Both the position numbers and the translations under genes were made by a program. Of a stretch of DNA of 64,000 nt, positions 23,468 through 35,400 are shown one piece after another. Position 1 is the first letter of the stretch, and each line of letters starts with the position of its first letter. Source of the DNA: Leucoraja erinacea (lineage: Eukaryota); the NCBI RefSeq assembly GCF_028641065.1, contig NC_073406.1, positions 13,888,001-13,952,000 of the forward strand. Direction: 5' to 3'. The notes under the pieces are model-generated. The model worked only from the letters and a program-made list of their open reading frames with translations. It was not told the DNA's origin and did not search any database.

Positions 23468-26400
23468 GTAAGTTTATCAATGTTCAGTCAAGAGAGACAA
23501 AGGTAAAACGTTCATTTTCCATCTACTGTTTCTTCAGCAACTACTTACAAGGAGGAAACCTTTCCCCAAAGTTTTGGATTGGAGTCAAGAGGATTATAGG
23601 GGATAGGCACAAAATGCTGGAGTAAATCAGTGGGACAGGCAGCATCTCTGGAGGGAAGGAATGGGTGACGTTTTGGGTCGAGACTCTTCTTGTAGGGGAT
23701 GTCAGGAAGAACTCTTCCCACAAGAGCGTAGTTGAAAACTGGAATGCACTGCCTGGGATGGTGGTGGAGGCAGAGACACGTACAACAATTTAGAAGTATC
23801 TAAATGGACAGTTGAATCACTAAGGCACATGAACCAAGTGGTGGTAAACAGGATGAGTAGTTAGATAATTGATGGTTGGTGTGGATATGGTGAGCCAAAG
23901 TGTCTCTTGTTGTCTGACTCTACACTGCATGACAATAAATGTTGAGGACAAAGACAGGGTGCAATACCACGAGCCTACAGTAGAGTAACTTTTATTCAAC
24001 AATGATTGGGATAAGTAATTATTTCCCAGGTCACTTTTTTTGAAATGAATATCAATTATAATTTATTAAATTATTACTGGTGATATTCTCAAGATATCTG
24101 AAAGAGATTGGAAAATTGCAACAAATTATTATTGCAAAACAATGAGATGCATGGTCTGAAGAAGGGTTTCGGCCCGAAACGTTGCCTATTTCCTTCGCTC
24201 CATAGATGCTGCTGCACCCGCTGAGTTTCTCCAGCTTTTTTGTGTAACCTAATGAGATGCATGTCTGTTTGTAGTTTGTTTGGTTGTTTGTTTGTTGTCT
24301 TTTTGCACAAAGTCCACGAGCATTGCCACTTTTCATTTCACTGCACATCTCGTATGTGTATGTGACGAATAAACTTGACTTGACTTGACTTGATTTGGAT
24401 ACTTTCACTTGCATTTATTTACAAGACAGGTATATTGAGATGCAGCTTTACTAATATCTTTGTTTGATCCTAGGTATTTATAACTATTGTTAAACTCTGC
24501 ACCAACGGTAAGTATTACCGTTTGCATTGGATCATTTACAAACTTTTTAAAATTAATTCTGAAAACCATTCAAATGATAATTACAACAATTGTTTGCTTT
24601 TAGATTATGTTGCTGGATTTCGCAGTGAGTATATCCTTTCCATTCTAAATAGAACAAATTTTCACTCCAACATCAAAGCTCCATAATGCTTCAACCAGTG
24701 TGTCCTATATATTAATCAACTTAAAGAAATGCCACAACAGAATAACATATGATCACACACTACTTTCCTTATTTTGCATTTATTATCAATTTTGATTGTT
24801 AACTGGTTTTGCAAACCATCGATCGGGCTGGTCCAATATGAAATAGTTCAAAGGACCCCTATAGACACAAACTGGGACCTAACATGAGCTGGTAATTTAC
24901 TACACATGGAGTTGATTGATGACGACAGATGTGATTGTGTCTGGATCAGTTAGGAAGGTAAGAGGTAACATGAAGTGGACAAGAAAAATAAAGTGATGGG
25001 CAGAACAGGTAAACGGGTGGAGGGGGTTTGGAGCCAGTTTTCTTCTACAAGAGTTTGTGATGCGTTTGAAGGGAAATTTTGCTACGTGTAAGCTATGCCC
25101 GTCAACGTCTGCAGCTGTTCCGTCACAAAGCTTTCAGGTCTATCAGATCAAATGTTTACATTTAATTAACTTTTTCCTTTGTTTCTTCAGAAGCAGTCTG
25201 TTGCAAAACTGAGTGGTTTGACCGTGATGACCCATCAGGAAATGGAGATTATGAACTCCTCGCCGATCTGCAAAAGGAAAATCCCGGCCGCATCTGCACT
25301 AAACCAATTGCCTGTGAGGTAGAAACCACAAAAGGGATACCGGCCTCACAGACTGGAGAGAACTTCGCCAGGTACAACATATAGCCGGCCATATTATTGC
25401 ACTTCTATTATTTTATTCAAAGAGCATCAATAGTTTTAGCAACTACTTTATCTCACCTCTCTACATTCTGATCAACAGTTGCAACATTTCTACTGGGTTC
25501 TTTTGTGTGAACAAAAACCAACGTGATCGCGCCTGTCAAGATTACAGAATACGATTCACCTGCCCTGATTCATTTTGTGAGTATGATGCAATTGTAAAAC
25601 TTATTTTGTTAATATTAGCTCCAGAAGAAGATTATGACGCTGACATAATTGCAGCTCACCTATTACTCAGCCATCTAATTCCGGTCCCTATATTTGTTGA
25701 TTTTCTTAATTTCTAATAATTAATGTGTCCCGACCTTAAACATTCCTCCGTCTTTAACAGTCCCTTGGAGGGTGACTTGCCTCCTCTCTGCCGCTGTAGT
25801 GTCTGAAGTGGTTGACGAGGTCAACATGTGGTGTGCAGACTCTTCCATAAAAGGGGCAAATATTGGATGACATTGATTAATTCTGAGCATGTCTCAAATA
25901 ATAACTGAATTGTTTGTTTCTGCTTTTAGGTAGTGTTACCAAACCTCTTGGTGAGTATATCACTCCCATTATAAATATGGCAACATTGACATTGACAGCA
26001 ATATGAAAGCTCTTTCGAGCTTCAACCAGTATGTGTTAATGTTCGCTTCATAATAATCAAACTAAAAAACTGCGACATTGGACAATGGGGGCTTCAGTGA
26101 GACTGAACCTTAAGATTTGAAATGGTTATCATCTCATGTGTGCATGTTTCGGAGGAAATGCAACAGATTCACGGGAAAGATTGCAGAAATTGCATTTTTG
26201 CCACATGAGGAGAGATTGAATAGACCAGGGATACATAGACCTGCAGATGCTGGTTTACAAAATCAGACACAAAGTGCTGGTGAAGCTCCGCGGGTTAGGT
26301 CCCGCTACGACTGGGACTGTCGCCGGCAGTCGTCTGAAAAATTGCCGAAGTAGCACAGGGGCTTAACTTTTGTGTTTCTCCGGTCCTCTGGCAGCACATG

Positions 26401-29400
26401 TTCACCCGAGGATGGTAAATCACTTAAGTCATTTAATTATCCTGCCAAGCAAGATATCTGATTGCAAAAGGTGGGATTGACATGATGAGCACAGGAAAAC
26501 TAGACAGGAATTTCAGAGGCACTGAGACATCATGGGATTTGAGATGAGCTGGGAATTTAGAAAGTCGTGTTTTATTGATGAGAGAGTGGTGATATGCAGG
26601 GGTCAAGACCATTAGCAGTGGTGAGAGGAAACAGTCACCAATATCAGCAAATGTGGCTCAAGAAGAGGAATGTGATGTGATGGGCAGAACAGGGAATTAG
26701 CTGAAGGGAACTGGAGCTGGGTCTCATGTACATGAGTATGTGATGCATTCTGCATGGAAATATTGCTGCATGCAAGTTATGCCCAACATAGATAGCAGCA
26801 GTTTCATTATGTAGCTTTCAGATTTAACCGACCCAATGTTCACTTTGAATCTACTTTCTCTTTCTTCTCCTCAGTACGGTGTTGCAAAACTGTATGGTTT
26901 GACCGTGATGACCAATCAGGAAAAGGAGATTATGAACTCCTCGCCGATCTGCGAACAGAGAATCCCGGTCAGATCTGCAAGGATCCAATCGCCTGTGAGG
27001 TGGAGACAACGTCAGGGATTCCGGCCTCACAGACTGGAGAGAACATTGCCAGGTACAAGATATAGCCAGCCATAATATTGCACTTTTAATATTTCATTCA
27101 AAGTCCATCAGTAGATTTATCAACTACTTTATCACACCTCCCTACATTCTACTCAACAGTTGCGACGTTTCTACTGGATTCTTTTGTGTGAACAGCAACC
27201 AACGTGATGGCTCATGTCAAGATTACAGAATACGATTCACCTGCCCTGATTTTTATTGTGAGTATGAGGCAATTGTAAAATATCATTTGTGACCATTAGA
27301 TGTAGGAGTAGAACTGATGTTGATTCTGACTGTAATCGCAGCTTAACTTTTACTCGGCCACCCTCTTCCTATCTGTCTATTTGCTGATTTCCTTCCAATA
27401 GATCATTTGTCCCAACCTTAATCATTCCTCCTTCTGTGACTGTCCCATGGGATGGAGGGTGGCATGCCTCCTCTCTGCTACTGTGGGGTCTGAAATGGTT
27501 GACAAGGCCAATGTGTGTCGTGCAGACTTTTCCACATACTGTTTGGGGCAGATATTGGTTGACATTTATTAATTCTGAACATGTTTCCAATGACAACTAA
27601 CTGAATTGTTTGTTTCTGCTTTTAGGTGATGTTACCACACCTCCAGGTGAGTAATCCAAGGGTCTCGACCCCAAGCGTCACCTATTCCATCTGTCCAGAT
27701 ATGCTGCCTGTCCCGCTGAATTATTCCAGCATTTTATGTCTATCTTCAGTGTAAATTAGCATTTGCATTTCCTTCCTACATAATTAACTGAATTCATTGT
27801 TTTAGGCAATGTTACCATCTGGTGAATATTAGCCTAACATTATAAATAGTATAACAAATAGAGCAATATACTCTGCATCTCCATCCCCCACTAGGAAAGC
27901 CCTCCGTTTCTTCCTCGACTGCAGAACCATCCAATTTCCCTCCACCAACACTCTACTCCATCTAGCGGATCTGGTCCTCACCCTTAATAACTTCTCCTTC
28001 GACTACTCCCAGTTCCTCCAGGTCCAAGACATAGCTAAGGGCACCCGTATGGGCCCCAGCTATGCCTGCCTTTGTAGGGTATGTTGAACAATCCCTGTTC
28101 TAGGCATACACTGGCCCTATCCCCAAACTCTACCTCTCTTACATTGGTGCTACCTCCTGCGCCCATGCAGAACTCATGGACTTCATCACCAATTGCCATC
28201 CTGCACTCAAATTTACTTGGACCATCTCCGACAACTCCCTCCCCTTTCTTGATCTCACCGTCACCATCACAGGAAATAGACTGACATCTATGACAAACCC
28301 ACTGACTCCCACAACTACCTCGACTCAGTGTTTCCACTTTGAAGGAAATTACCTGAAATTCGGGGAATTCCGGTTGTCTTTGGGTAATTTTAGGGAAATT
28401 AAATAATATTTCGGGAACTTTCCAGGCTCGGTAAGCCTTCCCCAACTCCGCATGTGTAACTGCCGTCCCAACTATGCACGCGCGGAATCCGGGCCCACTG
28501 CACACGCGCGGAGAGACTCCAAAGGGTCCAATCAGGCCCGCGGGATGATTTGCGGAAAAAAAGTATCTACTTGTATATTTACCACCATCCGCGCCTGTGC
28601 AGTTTGGGGAGGCCCGTCAGCTGCGTCACAATTGACAATGGCGGCGGTGACGCGGTAGGGATGCGGTCTCCACACGCATGCGCAGTGGGCCCGAGCTCCT
28701 AGCGTGCGCAGTTGGGGCGGCAGTCGCACATGCGCAATTGGGGAAGCGTTACCGGGCCTTCCACAGAGCCCATTCCCTCCGCAACCACCTGGTTAATTCA
28801 TTACTTCCCACCCAAACCTCCCCCTCCCCTGGTACCTTCCCCTGCAACCACAGAAGATGCAACACCTGTCCATATACTTCCTCCCTCGACTCTGTCCAGG
28901 GACCACAACGTTCATTTCAGGTTAGGCAGAGGTTCAATTGCACCTCTTCCAACCTCATTTACTGTTTCCATTGGTCAAGATGTGGACTCTTATTCATCGG
29001 CGAGACAAAACGTAGACTGGTCGTTTCGCTGAACACCTTCGCTTAGTCAACCTGAACCTGATCTCCTGGTTGCTAAACACTTTAATTCTTCTTCCTGTTC
29101 CCACACAGACCTTTCTGTCCTAGGTCTCCTCCATTGTCAGAGTGAGGCTAAACACAAATTGGAGGAACAGCATCTCATATCTCCCTTGGGCAACTTACAG
29201 CCCAGTGGTATGAATTTTGATTTCCCTAACTTCAGGTATCCCTGGCATTCCCTTTCTCTCTATCCCTCCCCCACCCAAGACTCACAAGCTTCACCTAACA
29301 AACAGCTAACTAGGCCTGTTTCCTTTATCATCATTACTGTAGCGGAAGATTTTTCAAATCTGCCGCTACAGGAAATTAACTCCCTAGCCACTAATTGGGT

Positions 29401-32400
29401 GAGACGGGATAAGGGGAATATCTTCGGTACGCATGCAAGCTGCCTCAGAGACCTTCAGAGCTTCTCCTTTCATAAAGCATCAGCACACAGTCTTTTAATG
29501 AATATTTTTTGCATATCTTTCATTCATTGTTCTTTATCTCTCTACATTATCGTCTATATCTCTCCTTTCCCTTATCCCTAACCAGTCTGAAGAAGGGTCT
29601 TGACCTGAAACATCACCCACTCTTTCTCTCCAGACATGCTACCTGTCCCACTGCTCTAGCTGTCAATCTTCAGTTTCAACCAACAACTGCGGTTCATTCC
29701 TACACAGAGCGATTTCAAAGTTCTTAAGAGCTTCTCCAAATGTGTTTTAATGGCCACCTCATAATAATCAAGTTAAAAATCTGCCATTACAGATTATGGA
29801 AGCTTCAGTGAGACTGAACCTCGAGTGTTGTCTATCATCTTATCAAGGAACATAACTTGTGCTAGCCGTAGAGGGGAATATCACTGGGAGGTTGCAGAAA
29901 TTGCAATTTTCCACATGAGGAGAGTTTGAAAAGACTTGGGTTATAAAGAATTGCAGATGCTGCTTTACAAAATAATTTCTGCAGCATCAGTGCATCAGGC
30001 ATCATCTCGGGATAACATGGCTGGGTGATGATTCGGGTCGGAACCTTTCTTCAGACAATAACTGTTTTGTCACGATTACAGAATACGATTCACCTGCCCC
30101 GATTCCTTTTGCGATTATGAGGCAATTGTATAACTTTATTTGTTAATGTTAGCTACGGAATTAGGAGTGAAGCTGATGATAACTCTGACTGTAATCACAG
30201 CTCACCCTTTACCAGGCTATCTCTTCCTATCTCTCTATTAGCTGATTTCCTTACTTTCCTATAATAAATTTGACCCAATCTTAAACATTCCTTTCTTGAC
30301 TGTCCCTTGGGGTGGAGGGTTGCATGCCTCCTCTCTGCTACTCTGGGGTCTGAAGAGCTTGATGAGACCAATGTGTGGTGTGCTGACTCTTTCACAGAAG
30401 GGGCAGATATTGAATGACATTGACTAATTCTGAACATGTTTCCAATCATCCAGTAATTAACTGCATTGTTTGTTTCTGCTTTTAGGTGATGTTACCATAC
30501 CTCCAAGTGAGTATTGGCCTCACATTATAAACAGTGCCACAAATACAGCAATTTCAAATCTCTCTAAGAGCTTCCTCAAATTAGTTTTTATGTCCGCTTC
30601 GCAATAATTAAGTTAAAAAAACTGCTACAAAAATGGGGGCTTCAATGAGACTGAACCTCGAGAGTTGTCTGCAGTTATCGTCTTATCGAGGAACATAAAT
30701 TGTGCCTACCATGGTGGGAAGTACCACTGGCAAGGTTACAGAAATTGCAATTTACCACACGAGGAAAGGTTGAAAAGACTAGGGATACAAAGAACTACAG
30801 ACGGTGTTCTACAAAAAAAGAAACAAAATGCTGGAGCAACTCAGTGGCTGACGCATGATATCTGGAGAACAGGGAATGGTGATGTTTCAGGTCAGGACCC
30901 TTTTTTAGACCTGATTTGTTTTGTCTAGAGATTTGTGGAATGGGAAGTTATCTCATTCCATGAGGACTCCGTGCACAGGCACCGGTGTCTCAGAATAGAA
31001 TGAAGATAATTTGGGACTGAAACAGGACTCATTTCTTCACCAATAAGCTGTTGAATGTATAGAATCCTCCATTCCAGAGAGCAATGGAGGTTCAATCAGA
31101 AGAGATTATTCATTTACTGCACATTGAAGGATACGTTGATAGTGTTGAACAATGAGTCTGTGGTAGAAGATTGCCAATTAATTAAATGAATGATGGAGCA
31201 GGTTCGTAGGGCCAGCCAAATCTCTGAAGCCTGCTCCTAATTCTTAGGTTCTTATCTTCTATTCCAATATATGTTTTCGAAGGCAACATTAGTACCCTCA
31301 TCAACTTTATGTATGATCTGTGAAATCATTGTAAAGACCTGTCATTTTGGGGATTATCTTTGCCCCTCTCTTGTACAATGGAGTAACATCTGCGTTTCCC
31401 CGGTGCTCTGGCTGCACTTCATCAGTGACCTTGATCAATGGCGGAGCAGGTTTGAAGGCCACATCTATGACTCCTGCTTCTAATTCTCACTTTCTCATCT
31501 TATATTCTGATCTACATTTTAGAAGGAACTAGAGTACCCGTATTAACTTCCTGAGTGATGTTGGTTCATCATAGAGTCTGAACATTTTTTCTTGTTTCTA
31601 TATTGCTGCTGCAAGTAACAATGGCATTGTTCTATCAGGGACATACTGTATGACAATAAAACACTCTTGTCTCTGGACTCTTGCCAGTTCCACAACAAAC
31701 CTTTCTGGTTTGTAAGACCCAAAGTAAACATTGTTACTTCATCCGAAAGGCCGGTCATTTTTGGGATCATCTTAGCCCCTCTCTTGAACAAAGGAGTAAC
31801 TTCTGCGTTTCTCCGGATCTCTGACAGAAATTGTTCACGAGAGGAAAGTGACTGACTTAAGATTCATTTGAGTATTCTGCCAGCCATGATTGAGGATTGC
31901 AGGAGGTGGGATTGACACGAGGAGGACCAGGAAAACTAGACATGGATTTAGTAGGAATTCTGGGACTTGGTATCATGCTGGTAATTTACAAAGTTGGGAT
32001 TTTATTGAGGAGAGAGTGATGGCGATTGATGTGAAGGGGTCAGGACCAAATTGGAGCAACAGAACCTCATATTTTGCTTGCTCAGCTTACAACCCAGCAT
32101 TATGAATATTCATTATTTTAAATTCAAGTAACCCTTGCATTCCCTCTCTCTCCAGCCCTCACCTGTCCTAATCATCCTGCTAGTTTTACTGTTTGTATCA
32201 TCTTGTTATCCCCTTCTCCAAAGCCAACAATGGACCATGTGGGTTCTTCGGCCATTAGTGCAGGCTCTGATTTGTTCTGTACCTTTTTCATACCTCTAAT
32301 TTCTCTTTCCTCCAACTGTCAGTCTGAAGAAGGGTCTCATCATGAAACATCACCTATTCCTTTTCTCTAGAGATGTTACCTCCACAGCTAATTTGCTCCA

Positions 32401-35400
32401 ACATGTTGTGTCAATCCATCAGACCCAATGTTCACTTTGAATCTACTTTCTCTTTCTGCTCTTCGTCAGTGGGGAATTGCAAAACTGCGTGGTTTGACCG
32501 TGATAACCCATCAGGAAATGGAGATTATGAAATCTTCCCCAATCTGCGAACTGAGAATCCCGGTCAGATCTGCACGGAACCAATCGCCTGTGAGGTGGAG
32601 ACAACATCAGGGATTCCGGCCTCACAGACTGGAGAGAACATTGCCAGGTACAAAATAGAGCCAGCCATATTATAGCACTTTTATTATTTAATTCAAAGTG
32701 CATCAGTAGTTTTATCAATAACGTTATCATATGTCCCTGCATTCTACTGAACAGTTGCAACGTTTCTACTGGATTCTTTTGTGTGAACAGCAACCAACCT
32801 GATCGTGCATGTCAAGATTACAGAATACGATTCATCTGCCCTGATTCCTTTTGTGAGTATGAGGAAATTGTAAATAATTATTTGTGAATATTAGCTACTG
32901 AATTATGAGTGGAGCTGATTATAACACAGACTGTAATAACTACTCACCGATCGCTTAGCCACCCTCTTCATGTCCCTCTGTTTGCTGATTTCCAGACTTT
33001 CCAATAGTAAATTCATCCCCATCATAACACTCCTCCTTCTTTGACAGTCCCTTTGGATGGAGGGTGGCATGTCTCATCTCTGGTTCTACAAGTTCAGATG
33101 TGGTTGATGAGGTCAACATTTGGTGTGCAGACTTTTGCAAAGATGTGGCAGATATCTGCCGATAATCATTAAATCTGAACATGTTTCAAATAGTAATTAA
33201 CTGAATTGTTTGTTTCTCCTTTTAGGTGGTGTTACCGAACCTCCTGGTGAGTATATCGCTCCCATTGTAAAGAGGGCAATGTTAACAGTAATATGAAAGC
33301 TCTTATGAACTTCATCCAGTATTTTTTAATGTCCGCTACATAATAAACAAGTTAAAAACTGCCACAACAGATTATAGGCGCTTCAATGCGACTGAACCTC
33401 AAGAGTTGCTTGTAGTTATCATCTTGTTAAGGAAACAAAATGTGTCCATGCCATGGAGGGAATGTAAAAACGATTCACGGGTTTGGGAACAGAAATTGTG
33501 ATTTAGCCACATGAGAAGAAATTGCAAGGACTAGGAATACAAAGTACAGTAGATACAGCATTACAAAATAAGAAATAAAGTGCTGGAGTAACTGATCATG
33601 TCAGGCATCATCACTGCGATCATGAATAGGTGATATTTCGAGTCGGGACCCTTCTTCACATTAGAACATGTTTCTCCAGGGATTGTAGAATGGAAAGACA
33701 TCTCCGTCCCTTTGGACTCCAGGTGCATGCACCACTGTCTCAACATGAGAGGAAGATATTTTGGGATTGAAATACGATTAGTTGTTTCACTCAGAATGTG
33801 GTGTATTTTTGTCATTCTTGATTCCAGAGTGCATTCGAGGACGTTCAGAAGTGATTGTTAGTTTTCTGGACGTTAAAGGATATGTTGATAGTGCTGGAAA
33901 ATGAACTTGAAATAGAAGATTGCTAGTTCAAATGGCCACATGTCTGACTCCTGCTCCTAATTCTTACTTTCTTTTCTGATATTCTGATTGATGTGTTAGA
34001 AGGCAACTACAGTACCCAACTTCATGTGTGGTGTTAATTCATCGTAAAGGCCTGTCATTTTTGTGATTATCTTTGCCCATCTCTTGAACAAAGGAGTAAC
34101 CCTTGCATTCCCTCTCTCTCCATCCCTCACCTGCTGCAATCATCCTACTAGTTTTACTGTTTGTATCCCCTCGTTATTACCTCCTCCAAAGTCAACAATG
34201 AACCATGTGGGCTCTTTGGCCATTAGTGCAGGCTCTGATTTGTTCTGTACATTTTCAAACCTCTAATTTCTCTCTCACCGGTCTCTCAGTTTGAGGAAGG
34301 GTCTCGACATGAACCGTCACCTATTTCTTTCCTCTAGAGATGCGACCTGCCGAGCTAATTTGCTGCAACATGTTGTGTCAATCCATCAGACCCAATGTTC
34401 ACTTTGAATCTACTTTCTCTTTCTGCTCTTCTTCAGTGGGGAATTGCAAAACTGCGTGGTTTGACCGTGATAACCCATCAGGAAATGGAGATTATGAAAT
34501 CTTCCCCAATCTGCGAACTGAGAATCCCGGTCAGATCTGCATGGATCCGATCGCCTGTGAGGTGGAGACAACATCAGGGATTCCGGCCTCACAGACTGGA
34601 GAGAACATTGCCAGGTACAAAATAGAGCCAGCCATATTATAGCACTTTTATTATTTCATTTAAAGTGCATCAGAGGTTTTATCAACAACTTTATCATATG
34701 TCCCTACATTCTACTCAACAGTTGCAACGTTTCTACTGGATTCTTTTGTGTGAACACCAACCAACGTGATCGCGCATGTCAAGATTACAGAATACGATTC
34801 ACCTGCCCTGATTCCTTTTGTAAGTATGAGGCAATTGTAAAAACATATTTGTGAATATTAGCTACTGAATTATGAGTGGAGCTGATTATAACACAGACTG
34901 TAATAACAACTCACACTTTGCTTAGCCACCCTCTTCCTGTCCCCCTGTTTGCTGATTTCCAGACTTTCCAATAGTAAATTCATCCCCATCTTAAACACTC
35001 CTCTTTCTTTGACAGTCCCTTTGGATGGAGTGTGGCATGTTTCTTCTCTGGTTCTTTGAGTTCTGATGTGGTTGATGAGGCTAACGTGTGGTGTGCAGAC
35101 TCTAGCACAGATGGGGCAGATATCTGCTGACAATCATTAAATCTGAACATGTTTCAAATGATAATTAACTGAATTGTTTGTTTCTCCTTTTAGGTGGTGT
35201 TACCGAACCTCCTGGTGAGTATATCGATCCCATTATAAAGCGGGCAATGTTAACAGTAATATGAAAGCTCTTATGAGTTTCATACAGTATGTTTTAAAGT
35301 CCGCTACATAATAACTAAGTTAAAACAGATTATAGGCGCTTCAGTGCGACTGAACCTCAAGAGTTGCTTGTAGTTATCAGCTTATTAAGGAAACAAAATG

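Noticed and set aside
27806-27821. Extra linker microexon
   Set aside because: 16 nt would shift the frame and the donor is weakened; treated as a pseudo-exon.
29337-29371. Hairpin ctgtagcgg-aagattt...aaatct-g-ccgctacag
   Set aside because: It sits at the edge of a small insert within the Penelope remnant; there is no evidence for an independent RNA gene or terminator.
34340-34642. ORF-track proteins MRPAEL.../MCQSVR... read as many separate small genes
   Set aside because: Their N- and C-termini are read-through intron sequence (polypyrimidine tract; donor gtacaa). Only the 178-nt core is exon.
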